64,000 nucleotides of DNA from a virus. The translations under genes were made by a program, and so were the position numbers. The DNA is taken from positions 91,271 to 155,270 of the IMG/VR virus record IMGVR_UViG_3300020183_000008, one strand, 5' to 3'. Positions 16,438-26,779 of the stretch are shown piece after piece (the stretch's first letter is position 1; every line of letters begins with the position of its first letter). The notes below the pieces were generated by a model. The model had not been told where the DNA came from and searched no databases. It saw only the letters and a program-made list of their open reading frames with translations.

Positions 16438-18766
16438 AGATCAGATCAAGTTTGAAGAGGAATTGCCTTTGATGCCTATTAGGGATGTAGTCATGTTTCC
16501 GAACATGATTATACCTTTTTTCGTAGGCAGAGAAGAATCCATCCGTTCTATCAACTTCGCCTTGCAGCACACCCACCGAGTTGTGATTTGCGCGTCGCAA
16601 AAAGATATCTTGAATGATAAACCGTCTCCTTCAGACATCTATGAAATCGGTACTGCTTGTTTAATCGTCCGCACCAAAAATGTACCTGATGGACGGGTTA
16701 AAATTTTGGTTCAAGGGCTAGGTAAAGTAAAAATAACCGAGTTTGTGTCATCCAATCCTTATGTAGTTAAATATGAAAGGATAGATGAACCCGCCGATTC
16801 TCAAGAGGATCCTGAAACAATCGCTATCGTACAGCTCGTGAAAGATAACATCACTCAGCTTATCGATCTCGGGAAGTTTATTACTGCCGAGGCTCCAGCT
16901 ATCCTTGAAGAAACAGATGCAGGTAAACTTGCAGATTTACTTGCGGTAAATCTAACCCTCAAGGTCTCTGAAAGCTACGCTCTTCTTGAAGAAATTTCCC
17001 CTAAGAAACGACTAGATATCATTAACAAGCATCTTGTAGCTGATATTGAAATCCACAAAATTCAGCAAAAAATAAAAAACACTACAAAAGAAGAGATGAC
17101 TAAAACTCAACGCGAGTATTATTTGCGTGAGCAACTCCAATCTATTCGCAAAGAGCTAGGCGAAGTAGAAGACAAGGAAGGTTATTCGAAAAAAATCAAA
17201 GATGCGAAAATGCCTCCTGAAGCTGAAAAAGAAGCTCTGAAACAAGCTAAGAGGTTGGATTCTTTAAGCCCTGATTCTTCCGAAAGCGGCTTGATTAAAC
17301 ATTATCTTGATTGGATGGTCGAGGTTCCTTGGTCAATCTCTACTGAAGATGATACAAGCATTTTGCATAGCCGAGAAATCTTGAACGAAGACCATTTCGG
17401 TCTTGAAGATGTGAAAGAAAGAATTCTTGAATTCTTATCAGTAAGAAAACTTAAAGCTGATAGTAAAGGTCCTATCTTATGTTTTGTTGGACCCCCTGGT
17501 GTTGGTAAAACTAGCATCGGTCGATCTATCGCTAAATCTCTCGGACGCAAGTATATTCGCTGTTCTTTAGGTGGTGTCCGTGATGAGGCTGAAATTAGAG
17601 GTCATCGTCGAACCTATATTGGTTCCATGCCAGGAAAAATCATTCAAAGCCTAAAACAAGCAGGTAGCAATAACCCTGTTTTTATCTTGGATGAGATTGA
17701 TAAGATGGGGCGTGACTTTAGAGGTGATCCATCAGCGGCTTTGCTCGAAGTTCTTGACCCTGAGCAAAACAGAGAATTTAAAGACCATTATCTAAATGTA
17801 CCTTTTGATGTAAGCCAAGTTTTTTTCATCGCCACAGCAAACTCGTTGGATACGATTCCAGGACCTTTGCTAGACCGCATGGAAGTCATCAAGGTATCAG
17901 GTTATACTGATCGTGAAAAACTTGAAATCTGTAAACAATACCTTTTGCCTAAACAGCAAACAGAAAACGGTTTGAGCGATAAAGTTATTGAATTTACAGA
18001 ATCAGCGATTCAAAAGATTATTCGAGGTTATACGCGAGAAAACGGTTTGCGTAATCTTGAAAGGCTTGCCTCTAAAATTTATCGTAAAATTGCCCTGAAA
18101 GTCGCTGAAGATGGTGTTGATGGTAATTTCAAGATCGATGCTGAGGATATTCCGACCTACTTAGGTAGTGTGAAGTATCTCGATGATGACTTGGCTGAAA
18201 AAGATTTGGTAGGGGTTGTCACAGGTCTGGCTTGGACAAGCGTTGGTGGTGAAACTCTGGAAATGGAAGCTATTAAAGTTCCAGACACTACCTTCAACAT
18301 CAAGGTCACAGGTCAGCTTGGTAGCGTTATGAAAGAATCATCAGAGATATCTTTCAGTGTTGTCAAAAGCAAACTCTCTGAATTAGGTGTGAACATCGAG
18401 GATCACAAAAACACTTCCATCCACGTTCATGCCCTTGATGGAGCCGTGCCAAAAGATGGACCTTCGGCGGGAATCACGATGGCTGTCGCTATAGCGAGTG
18501 TCTTGTCTGATCGTCCGATCAGCAGGGATGTAGCCATGACGGGTGAGCTCTCGTTAACAGGAAGGGTTATGATCATCGGTGGGGTGAAGGAAAAACTAAT
18601 CGCCGCCGCAAGGAAAGGCTGCAAGAAAGTCCTCATCCCTAAAGATAACTTCAAAGACTTGGAAGATGTTCCCAAAGAGGTTCTCTCAGCTTTAGAGGTG
18701 GTTCCTGTGAGTACGATAGATGAAGTATTCAGCCACTCTCTGAGCAAAAAAAAGAAAAAGGGGTGA
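16430..18766 (+). CDS. lon: ATP-dependent protease Lon (LonA), full length
   Basis: LPLMPIRD N-domain, GPPGVGKTS, RGHRRTYIG, LDEIDK, PKDGPSAG (catalytic Ser), GGVKEK (catalytic Lys). Confidence 0.98.
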   Translation: MNKDQIKFEEELPLMPIRDVVMFPNMIIPFFVGREESIRSINFALQHTHRVVICASQKDILNDKPSPSDIYEIGTACLIVRTKNVPDGRVKILVQGLGKVKITEFVSSNPYVVKYERIDEPADSQEDPETIAIVQLVKDNITQLIDLGKFITAEAPAILEETDAGKLADLLAVNLTLKVSESYALLEEISPKKRLDIINKHLVADIEIHKIQQKIKNTTKEEMTKTQREYYLREQLQSIRKELGEVEDKEGYSKKIKDAKMPPEAEKEALKQAKRLDSLSPDSSESGLIKHYLDWMVEVPWSISTEDDTSILHSREILNEDHFGLEDVKERILEFLSVRKLKADSKGPILCFVGPPGVGKTSIGRSIAKSLGRKYIRCSLGGVRDEAEIRGHRRTYIGSMPGKIIQSLKQAGSNNPVFILDEIDKMGRDFRGDPSAALLEVLDPEQNREFKDHYLNVPFDVSQVFFIATANSLDTIPGPLLDRMEVIKVSGYTDREKLEICKQYLLPKQQTENGLSDKVIEFTESAIQKIIRGYTRENGLRNLERLASKIYRKIALKVAEDGVDGNFKIDAEDIPTYLGSVKYLDDDLAEKDLVGVVTGLAWTSVGGETLEMEAIKVPDTTFNIKVTGQLGSVMKESSEISFSVVKSKLSELGVNIEDHKNTSIHVHALDGAVPKDGPSAGITMAVAIASVLSDRPISRDVAMTGELSLTGRVMIIGGVKEKLIAAARKGCKKVLIPKDNFKDLEDVPKEVLSALEVVPVSTIDEVFSHSLSKKKKKG

Positions 18767-18769
18767 TTT

Positions 18770-19615
18770 GTGGCGGAGATTTACAGGGATAATGAAGGTG
18801 TAGTTCTCAAAAAACTCGGCAAACCTGTTCGCAGAACTATTGTGGACAAAAATACACGAGTTTCTGATGATTTTGACCTGACTACCCCTGAAGAAGAATC
18901 GACTCGACCTGTCGGCAAAAGGACTTTGATTGCAAACGAAGGTCCTTCCTCAGATGGAAAGATAGATTTCAAAGTTAATCCTGACTGTTTTGACTATCTT
19001 TTGCAGTACCACGAATCCTATAAACACCCTAATGATGCTGAAGGTTACAAGGCGACATCTGAAAAAGTCTGTAATAGTTTCAATAAAATTTTCAAAAGTC
19101 AGATGACTCCACCTGAACTAGCTTCTGAACTTAATTCGCGTCTTGGGGTATCTGTAGGTGGAACAACACCACCGACAGTCTTAGGGGCAGAAGCCATTAA
19201 AAATAGACAAGTCGGTCAGCGATTAAAGCCACAAGAAGAACCGAGGCAAGAGCAGCAAAAATCGGAATCTTCCGATGATATTCTTTTTACACCGTTGAAA
19301 GTCGAGCGGCTGAGTACCGTTTCGGGTGGTAAAGTTTTATTGTCAGGTGAACGCTATGAAATTTGTAAAATTTTGAATTGTCCCCATATCTGTGTTGTTT
19401 CTCGAAACAAAGGTAAGCTGACTCAAAACGGTCTGATGCACGCAGCTTGCTCGAATTCAGAGCAAGGGGAAATCGACAAAAAAACTTGCCCGCAAGAAGC
19501 ACCCCGAAACGACAAAGAAGAATTGGCTTATCAACTATTCTTTCAAACATTTGGTGATGAAATGAAAGCTCGAAAGATGCTTTTCATATCTAAAGAGGTA
19601 TTTTCACCAAAGTAA
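18770..19615 (+). CDS. Hypothetical protein with Cys/His-rich C-terminus
   Basis: 281-aa ORF, GTG start with SD. Confidence 0.7.
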   Translation: MAEIYRDNEGVVLKKLGKPVRRTIVDKNTRVSDDFDLTTPEEESTRPVGKRTLIANEGPSSDGKIDFKVNPDCFDYLLQYHESYKHPNDAEGYKATSEKVCNSFNKIFKSQMTPPELASELNSRLGVSVGGTTPPTVLGAEAIKNRQVGQRLKPQEEPRQEQQKSESSDDILFTPLKVERLSTVSGGKVLLSGERYEICKILNCPHICVVSRNKGKLTQNGLMHAACSNSEQGEIDKKTCPQEAPRNDKEELAYQLFFQTFGDEMKARKMLFISKEVFSPK

Positions 19616-19618
19616 CTT

Positions 19619-19675
19619 TCCGCCGAAATTTATTTTTGGTGAGGTATTGATTTTTCCGCCGAAATCACGGACGAT
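19619..19675 (+). promoter_or_regulatory. Promoter with two TCCGCCGAAAT boxes upstream of the SSB gene
   Basis: Boxes at 19619 and 19655; TTGATT(19647)-17 nt-GACGAT. Confidence 0.6.
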
Positions 19676-19786
19676 AAAAAAGGTAAGGGAATTGCCAAGG
19701 TCGAAGAGTGATGATCTTTGACTAAACTCACTATGACCAAGTGAGATTCCGACAAAGACTAACGGTCAAAAGTCAAGAGGTGAATC

Positions 19787-20446
19787 ATGTCATCATCAGT
19801 TCAGGAAATGTCGTTCGATGATAGCTCTCTAGCATCTGCACAGGTAGACCGCTTTAAGGGCACTAAAGATGTTACGGATCGTATCGCTTTTGTTCATCTG
19901 AACCCGCAGAAAAAACCGGTCATCAAATCAGCGAATGTGGTATACATCGAAGGTGCTGGTTACTGCATCGCAAATGAAGCGACTGAAAAATTGGGTTATA
20001 CGAGCGCATCTCAGCGGTTTGTGGCGATTATTGCGCACTATACAACTGATCGTCTCGGAAAGCTCAAAACCCCGTTCACGGAAAACAGCGTGAACTTGAA
20101 ATACTACATCTTCTCTAAGGCGAAGGCTGAACGCCTTAGTGCTATCAACTCCGAGTTCCCTCTTTCGGAACACGATCTTTTGGCAAAATGCACGGAAGCT
20201 ACTTACCAGAAGATTGACTTTACGCCTTGTAAAGAGGCTGCGTGGAAACTCAAGCCTGAGATCAAGAAATTGGTCGAGGAGCAAGTCGCTGTTCTTGCCA
20301 AGAACATGGACCGCGAGCTTGGGCGTACATGGACGGTTGAGGAGTTGAAAGCTAAGTTAGGACAAGCCTCGGAATCTGAAGAACCTGATTCTGCTTCAAC
20401 AGTTAATCAGAGTTCAGCAGCAGACGATATCCTAGCTTCCCTTTAA
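19787..20446 (+). CDS. Putative single-stranded DNA-binding protein (gp32-like)
   Basis: Position before ruvC/recA, own promoter and SD, acidic tail ending AADDILASL. Confidence 0.55.
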   Translation: MSSSVQEMSFDDSSLASAQVDRFKGTKDVTDRIAFVHLNPQKKPVIKSANVVYIEGAGYCIANEATEKLGYTSASQRFVAIIAHYTTDRLGKLKTPFTENSVNLKYYIFSKAKAERLSAINSEFPLSEHDLLAKCTEATYQKIDFTPCKEAAWKLKPEIKKLVEEQVAVLAKNMDRELGRTWTVEELKAKLGQASESEEPDSASTVNQSSAADDILASL

Positions 20447-20458
20447 ACCAAGGATGGG

Positions 20459-20486
20459 GATGGGTGCTCTGAAAGGAGCACCCATC
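20459..20486 (+). terminator. Strong GAAA-capped hairpin after the SSB gene (no U-tract; terminator or stabiliser)
   Basis: GATGGGTGCTCT-GAAA-GGAGCACCCATC. Confidence 0.6.
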
Positions 20487-20496
20487 AGGGGTTTTC

Positions 20497-21159
20497 ATGC
20501 GAGTTATTGGCGTTGACCCATCACTAACCAATCTTGGTTATTGTGTCTTAGATTCCAAAGATGGATTGCTTGAAAAAGGTAAATTTCAGACATCACCGGA
20601 AGATGGTCTGAACATACAGCGGTATTTCTTACAAGCGAAACGCATGTCTGAACTTATTCGCAAGTATGATATCAAGTATCTAGCATCCGAATCACCAATC
20701 ATGCGTGATTTTTCAACCGAAATATTGTTTGGATTACAAAGTTTTCTTCAAGGTGTTTATTGGGCTCACGGCTTGAAAGTTGTGTTTTTAGCACCAACTC
20801 AAGTGAAAAGTTACGCTTGCCCTAACACCAAAGGAAAAGTTTTCAAATCCGACATGGTAAAAGCCGCTCGGTTGGATCTAGGGATGGCTGATAATGCTCG
20901 CCTTGCTAACGATGTCGCTGATGCCTTCTGGATAAGTAAGATAGGATTTCGTTTTTGGTCTTACATGGAAGGTGAAATCAAAGAATCCGATTTAACCAAG
21001 AAGGAACATGACATGTTTCTTCAACAACATGAGTATACACGGGGTAAGAAAAAAGGTTTTGTCGAAAAGAAGGGGATTGTTTTCCGCCGAAATGAGATCT
21101 ACTATCTTTTCGATGAAATTCCCTACCCTGATGCAGACTTTCTAAGGAGAAACCGATGA
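20497..21159 (+). CDS. ruvC: RuvC-like Holliday junction resolvase
   Basis: MRVIGVDPSLTNLGY, ASESP, PTQVKSYA, NDVADA. Confidence 0.88.
   Translation: MRVIGVDPSLTNLGYCVLDSKDGLLEKGKFQTSPEDGLNIQRYFLQAKRMSELIRKYDIKYLASESPIMRDFSTEILFGLQSFLQGVYWAHGLKVVFLAPTQVKSYACPNTKGKVFKSDMVKAARLDLGMADNARLANDVADAFWISKIGFRFWSYMEGEIKESDLTKKEHDMFLQQHEYTRGKKKGFVEKKGIVFRRNEIYYLFDEIPYPDADFLRRNR
21077..21105 (+). promoter_or_regulatory. Internal promoter for recA with TCCGCCGAAAT box
   Basis: TTGTTT-[TCCGCCGAAATGAGATC, 17 nt]-TACTAT, about 50 nt upstream of the recA ATG. Confidence 0.65.
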
Positions 21160-22355
21160 GCAGCAAGAAAAAAGGCATGTCTGATGTTATTGCAGGTTTG
21201 ACCAAGGAATTTGGGTCAAGCGTATTGGTGGATTTTAACGAGAAACTTGATTTTATTTATACGGGTTCGATCATCCTGAATAAAATTTTGGGCATCCCTG
21301 GTTACCCAAAAAAAAGAATCTCAGAAATTTACGGACCTGAATCATCGGGTAAATCAACTTTGGCGATGATTGCAGCCGCAAACGTATTAAATGAAGGTGG
21401 CAACGTCGTTTATCTTGATTATGAAGGTTCTTTTGTAGTCGAGTATGCGCAGACGTTAGGATTCCCTGTAGATCTTATAAATGACCACGACCGTTTTATT
21501 CTTGTAAATCCGGAAGACCTTGAAAAAGGTTGGCAGGTGGTACGCACCCTTTTGGAAAGTGCTGCGAAGATTGACCTGATTATCATCGACTCTCTTGCTG
21601 CAATGACACCAAGGGCTTTGCTCGAAGGTGATCCAGAGAAAACTCCTCAAGTCGGTCTTCAGGCTCGTAAGATTGGAATGTTCCTCGCTGAAATCAGCAA
21701 AACCATTATCGATACCAACACTGCTTTGCTGATCGTGAATCAAATTCGTAACAGAATTAAATCGAGTCCTATGGACTTCGGACCCGACACTGACAGTCCA
21801 GGTGGAAGGGCTCTAAAATTTTATGCCACGCTGCGTCTTGAATTGTCCCCTGGACGCAAGGAATCGCGTGAGGCTATTAACCCTGTGACTGGTATTAAAG
21901 ATGATGTTCCTTTCGGGACTTTCGTCAATGCCGTGTGCCGTAAGAACAAGTTAGCTACTCCCTTCCGTAAGGGCTCGTTCTTCCTTGAATATGGAATCGG
22001 AGTGGATAATTTACGTAGTTTGGTTGACCTTGCGGAAAATCTTAAAATCATCACTCGCAAAGGTTCATACTACTTCCTCGATCCAAGTTTCCCTTTGGTC
22101 ATGGACAGCAATTTGATGGCAGGTGATGAACCTAAATTTCAAGGTTCAGAGAAGCTATACCAATACTTTGCGACTCACTCAGACATGCGTGAGAAACTAG
22201 CAGACCGCGTTCTGTTAGATCCAGATGAAAACGTGAAACGGGAGACGTTGGCTGAAGATAAAAAACACAGCTACACACAAGCTGAAGTCGCCCACGATCA
22301 AGAAAACGTAAAGTCTGTAAAACGTAAATCAAAAGATGCGGCTAAAGAAGCATGA
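21156..22355 (+). CDS. recA: RecA/UvsX recombinase
   Basis: EIYGPESSGKST, IIIDSLAAM, VGLQARK, NQIR, PGGRALKFYA, KNKLATPF. Confidence 0.97.
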   Translation: MSSKKKGMSDVIAGLTKEFGSSVLVDFNEKLDFIYTGSIILNKILGIPGYPKKRISEIYGPESSGKSTLAMIAAANVLNEGGNVVYLDYEGSFVVEYAQTLGFPVDLINDHDRFILVNPEDLEKGWQVVRTLLESAAKIDLIIIDSLAAMTPRALLEGDPEKTPQVGLQARKIGMFLAEISKTIIDTNTALLIVNQIRNRIKSSPMDFGPDTDSPGGRALKFYATLRLELSPGRKESREAINPVTGIKDDVPFGTFVNAVCRKNKLATPFRKGSFFLEYGIGVDNLRSLVDLAENLKIITRKGSYYFLDPSFPLVMDSNLMAGDEPKFQGSEKLYQYFATHSDMREKLADRVLLDPDENVKRETLAEDKKHSYTQAEVAHDQENVKSVKRKSKDAAKEA

Positions 22356-23632
22356 AAGATGTTTTAAAGGTAGAGTTGGAAAACATCCAAGCGGTGAAAA
22401 AAGCCTCGATTGAAATCGAAGGCTTCACCGCTGTGGTTGGGCGTAGTAACTCTGGTAAATCATCATTGATTCGAGGTATGCACGCAGCCTTAACAAATAA
22501 GAGCCCCAAAACTCTGTTTCGCACAGGTACAAACCAAAGCTCGGTAAAAATCGAGGATGTTGCTAAAAATATTTCCATCGAATGGAAAAAAGGCGACAAG
22601 ATAAACGCATACCTAATCAATGGCAAAGAATTTACCAAAGTTGGCAAAGATGTTCCAAAAGATGTAGAAGAATTTGGATTTAAAGATATCCGTGTAAATG
22701 ATGAACCTCTTGAAGTTCAATTTGCAAGGCAGCACGAATACATTTTCTTATTAAATAGATCCGGTGGGTTCATCGCTGATTTTATATCAAAAATCACCAA
22801 AGCTGATGTACTAACTGGTGCTGTGAAAGATTGCGAATCTGATATAAGAAAATGTAATGAAAATATTAAATCTTCTCAAAAAGAAAAGGATCGTTTAGAC
22901 CTACAACTCCAACGATTCATTTCTGTTGACAAGATAGATACTGATTTAGATGAAACAATCAAAGATATAAAAAAGTCAATAACTTTACATGAAGATGTAA
23001 TTTTCTTAGATGCATCCCTTCGATCTTTTGAAGATTTTCAAAACCAAATTAAAAAACTTAAAAATCTACCTGAAATTTTGTTTGTCGATTTTGACATCAA
23101 CGCTATTGAAAACATCGATTGCTATATTCAAGGTAGAGATGATTTGAAGGCTGAACTCTCTGTTCTGTCAAAAATACCTGATGTGCCAAAAGCTGAATTT
23201 AACCTTCAGTCGCTTCTCAGTATTGAGTCTTGGGTACTCGAAAGAGATATTCAAAAAAATAAATATGTACCGCTAAAAACTTTAAATGATTTTTCTGTTC
23301 CAAGTCTTGATTTTAAATTAGCAGATCTGGAATTGATCGAGATCACTTATAAATCTTTGAAATCAAGAATTCCGAATCTGCCTGATGTACCTGAATTAGA
23401 AACAGTCTCCGAAAAAATATCAGACATCAATAACATCGAGTTATTCAGAAAAGATTACACCTCAGTCGAAGCGGACATAATTTCTATCCAAAAACAGTTG
23501 AAAGATACATCAGACCAAATCAAAAACTTCTTTGATCAAAAGAAAAAGATGCAAAAAGATTTAGGTGACTGCCCAACCTGTGGAAGAGGTTTCGATGGTG
23601 AAGAAAAAGACTGTTCTACTCACAGTGGGTGA
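22352..23632 (+). CDS. SbcC/Rad50 N-terminal half (Walker A, coiled coil, zinc hook)
   Basis: VVGRSNSGKSS, Q-loop FARQ, ends at CPTC; no signature motif or Walker B. Confidence 0.85.
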   Translation: MKDVLKVELENIQAVKKASIEIEGFTAVVGRSNSGKSSLIRGMHAALTNKSPKTLFRTGTNQSSVKIEDVAKNISIEWKKGDKINAYLINGKEFTKVGKDVPKDVEEFGFKDIRVNDEPLEVQFARQHEYIFLLNRSGGFIADFISKITKADVLTGAVKDCESDIRKCNENIKSSQKEKDRLDLQLQRFISVDKIDTDLDETIKDIKKSITLHEDVIFLDASLRSFEDFQNQIKKLKNLPEILFVDFDINAIENIDCYIQGRDDLKAELSVLSKIPDVPKAEFNLQSLLSIESWVLERDIQKNKYVPLKTLNDFSVPSLDFKLADLELIEITYKSLKSRIPNLPDVPELETVSEKISDINNIELFRKDYTSVEADIISIQKQLKDTSDQIKNFFDQKKKMQKDLGDCPTCGRGFDGEEKDCSTHSG

Positions 23633-24557
23633 TGTTCATCTCGCAGATCGGACACCTGCATCCAGAAAAGATGATTACAAAGCAGAAACATTTAATGAAC
23701 TTAGAATGATAGCTAGGGTTGCAGCCAAGCAAAATGCATCGGCTGTGTTGTTTACTGGTGACATTTTCCACGAGAAAAGTGCCAAAATGAACAGCCATTC
23801 TCTTGTTCGAGAAGCCATGTCCGTTTTTTCTTCGTTTCCTTGCCCATGCTATTCTATCGTAGGAAATCACGACATCTCCTACAACCGTATGGAGACCCTT
23901 GAAAAACAACCCCTTGGTGTCTTATTTGAGAGCGGTGCTTTGAAAAGGCTAACTCGCGAGCAAATAGGTGAATTCGAGGTCGTCGGTGTCGATTTTGATG
24001 AAAATGTTACTTATGAAACTTTGAAACCCAAGAAAACAGACCCAGAGCGCAAGTTAGTTACGGTGTGTCATGTATACGCTGAACCCACGGAAAGAGATCT
24101 TTTCGGTGAACCCATTTATGGTTATGATAAAATATCTGAAAATACTGATGTGGATGTCTATGTTTTTGGTCATTACCACCACGACCAAGGTATTGTGAAA
24201 ATAGGTGATAAATCTTTTGTAAACATCGGAGCCCTATCGAGAGGATCTTTAAATAAAGAGAATCTAGATCGTGATGTGAAAATAGGAAAAATAAGCATCA
24301 CAAATGGAAAAGTTATTTGTGAAGAGATAAACCTTCCTGTTAAGTCCGGTGTTGAAATATTCGATGTCGAAAAGAAAAAATCCATAGAAGAAAAAGAGAA
24401 CGAAATAGAGCAATTCGTTTCTTCTCTAGGTAAAGCGAATTTATTCGAGTCTTTATCATCTTTAGAAAATACGATAAAATCTATGGAGCTTGAAAAGAAC
24501 GTAAAAAATCGCGTTGAGCAATACTTAAACAATCGCGGTGCAGGCATCAATTTATGA
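23595..24557 (+). CDS. sbcD: SbcD/Mre11 metallophosphoesterase nuclease
   Basis: GDVH, GDIF, GNHD, GHYH motifs. Confidence 0.9.
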   Translation: MVKKKTVLLTVGDVHLADRTPASRKDDYKAETFNELRMIARVAAKQNASAVLFTGDIFHEKSAKMNSHSLVREAMSVFSSFPCPCYSIVGNHDISYNRMETLEKQPLGVLFESGALKRLTREQIGEFEVVGVDFDENVTYETLKPKKTDPERKLVTVCHVYAEPTERDLFGEPIYGYDKISENTDVDVYVFGHYHHDQGIVKIGDKSFVNIGALSRGSLNKENLDRDVKIGKISITNGKVICEEINLPVKSGVEIFDVEKKKSIEEKENEIEQFVSSLGKANLFESLSSLENTIKSMELEKNVKNRVEQYLNNRGAGINL

Positions 24558-25375
24558 AAAAAATGTATCTCACTTATAGTCGTATGAAAGACTACAGTGA
24601 ATGCCCTAAACGCTACAAATTTAGGTACATTGATAAATTGAAAATACCTGAGGATCTGTACTACGCTTGCTCAGGAACGATCAAGCAAAAGATAGTTGAG
24701 CTACTGTATAATGAAGACTGGTTTTTTCGAGAACAACCTCAAATCATTAAAAACCACTTTAAAAAAAGCGTCCCTAATTTATTCAATGACTGGCTCAAAA
24801 GTGTTGAAAAAGAGGGGAATCATGTTGATTTTAAAAGATATGATAGAAGCCCTGATGCTTTGATATCTGAAATCACAAATGGTGTTGACCAAATATTTAA
24901 CATCATAAAATCAGCCAAACTTTTAGTATCTCCTGCGGAAAACAACCGATCAGAGGTTGATGGGGTATTCGAAGGGAAAAATTTTACTTTGAAAGGTCGT
25001 ATCGACCTTGTAATCGGCGACAGAAGAAACAGCCCTGTTATCATCGATGGGAAAGATACGATCCTAGAAAAAGGTGAAGATTACAACGATCCGGATCAAC
25101 TCTACGCGTATGCCTTGATGAACGAGTACCAATACGGTGTTTTACCAAGCAAATTAGGTTTCATGATGTTTCGGTTCAACAAAATGCGTTGGATCGACCC
25201 CAGAGTGGGATTAAAAACATTCGAAGAAAAAGCGGAAAAAATAGCCGAAAGGATGCTCAATAATGACTTTCAGGCTTCTGTAGGTGATGCTTGCTTGTGG
25301 TGTAAATTTAAGCCAAAATGTAAAGAATATCAAACTTGGATGTCATCACAAGGAATCAAAGAAGACACTTTATAA
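24554..25375 (+). CDS. PD-(D/E)XK nuclease (AddB/Cas4-like, Cys-ligated)
   Basis: ECPKRYK, GRIDL, IIDGK, QLYAY, CLWCKFKPKC. Confidence 0.85.
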   Translation: MKKMYLTYSRMKDYSECPKRYKFRYIDKLKIPEDLYYACSGTIKQKIVELLYNEDWFFREQPQIIKNHFKKSVPNLFNDWLKSVEKEGNHVDFKRYDRSPDALISEITNGVDQIFNIIKSAKLLVSPAENNRSEVDGVFEGKNFTLKGRIDLVIGDRRNSPVIIDGKDTILEKGEDYNDPDQLYAYALMNEYQYGVLPSKLGFMMFRFNKMRWIDPRVGLKTFEEKAEKIAERMLNNDFQASVGDACLWCKFKPKCKEYQTWMSSQGIKEDTL

Positions 25376-25384
25376 GGTGGAATT

Positions 25385-25672
25385 ATGCAGACTGTAAAAG
25401 AACTTTCCGAAAAATATCAAAGTCTATTGAAAAATATTGAACAAGCGAATGAAATGAAGGTTAGGCTTGAAGAGCGTAAAAAAGCGGCTGAAAAAAACCT
25501 TCGTGCTTTAGTTCAGAAAGTCACCGAAGCTGGATATGATATTAAGAATTTAGATAAGATTAGGGAAGAGAAAATCGCTGAATTAAAAAATCTAGTTGAA
25601 ACGAAAGAAAAAGAGATCACTGAAGTGATGTCCCGACTCAACTCGATCTCAGCGGAAACATCAGCGGAATGA
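25385..25672 (+). CDS. Short coiled-coil protein
   Basis: 95 aa, E/K/L-rich heptads. Confidence 0.75.
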   Translation: MQTVKELSEKYQSLLKNIEQANEMKVRLEERKKAAEKNLRALVQKVTEAGYDIKNLDKIREEKIAELKNLVETKEKEITEVMSRLNSISAETSAE

Positions 25673-25673
25673 G

Positions 25674-26336
25674 GTGAGTATGCTTGAGTCGTTGAAAATC
25701 AACCCATCGGAACTTTTGAAACAGACTCAAGATGCCAAGTTAGCCTTAGCTCGTATAAAAGGTGATAGGGATTCTATTCTTAGAAGACAAAATTTAGCTG
25801 AATCGGAAATCGAAACTCTCAAAAAAGAGCAGGTTGAATTATTAAAAGCCAAAGCAGTTTTGGATGACCTTGTAAAGAGTTTTATAGGTTTTCAGCTAGA
25901 ACGTATCAAAGAGTATGTCGGTTTCGGTCTGAAAACTGTAATACCCGACCAAGAGTTAGATTTTGAATGCGAGGTATCTACCAAGATGAACAAACCTTGG
26001 GTGGAATTCCTCACAATAAATTCTGATGGTATCTCAGCGAATGCCTTAGATGGTTTCGGCGGTTCAGTAGCTCAGATTGAGTCTCTGATTTTGAGAGTTC
26101 TCGCTATACTACAACTCAAACTATACCCTCTGATTGTATTGGACGAGAGTTTGAATGCGGTTAGCGAGGAATACCTTCCAAACCTTTCACATCTTTTGAG
26201 AGAATTATCAAAACAACTAGGTGTGAAAATTTTACTCGTGACCCATAATAAAGAGATCCTTTACTCAGCAACAAGAATATACAAGGCGAGTGAAAAACAC
26301 GGTAGTCTTCACATTGAAGAGGTACATGAAAGGTGA
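25674..26336 (+). CDS. SbcC/Rad50 C-terminal half (coiled coil, signature, Walker B, H-loop)
   Basis: GFGGS, LIVLDES, LLVTH. Confidence 0.85.
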   Translation: MSMLESLKINPSELLKQTQDAKLALARIKGDRDSILRRQNLAESEIETLKKEQVELLKAKAVLDDLVKSFIGFQLERIKEYVGFGLKTVIPDQELDFECEVSTKMNKPWVEFLTINSDGISANALDGFGGSVAQIESLILRVLAILQLKLYPLIVLDESLNAVSEEYLPNLSHLLRELSKQLGVKILLVTHNKEILYSATRIYKASEKHGSLHIEEVHER

Positions 26337-26779
26337 AAACACCATCGGAAATTTCATCAAAAATAAAACAGGTAAGATTTGAATACCTAAAAGCCGCTTA
26401 CCAAATTGAATTAACACGGCATCCTTGTAACTGTATTTACAACCGAAAGGTCACGCTTCACGGTGAAGGTGAAGTTGTGACTCGACTTTGTGGTTTTTAT
26501 TCTGATGATAAAAACTACATCGTTTGTGATACCGAGGATAGTGCTCGGAATTGCGATGCTTTCGTGTGCAAGAAATCTAAAAAGCAAGTTCGAGAGCAAC
26601 TTGAAAAAGACATGATTGAAAACTCGCACAAGTACCCTGAATTATTGGCTCTTGAGTGGGTTTTAGAAAAGAAAAGCCCTATATTTTTGATTACTAAATT
26701 TGATGTTATAGTGAGCGAAATTAAAAGGCTGTTCGTAAATACAAAAGCTAAAATTCAAAAATTCTGGAGAAAAAAATGA
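26333..26779 (+). CDS. Cys-rich hypothetical protein
   Basis: 148 aa, PCNC plus further Cys; coupled start/stop. Confidence 0.7.
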   Translation: MKTPSEISSKIKQVRFEYLKAAYQIELTRHPCNCIYNRKVTLHGEGEVVTRLCGFYSDDKNYIVCDTEDSARNCDAFVCKKSKKQVREQLEKDMIENSHKYPELLALEWVLEKKSPIFLITKFDVIVSEIKRLFVNTKAKIQKFWRKK

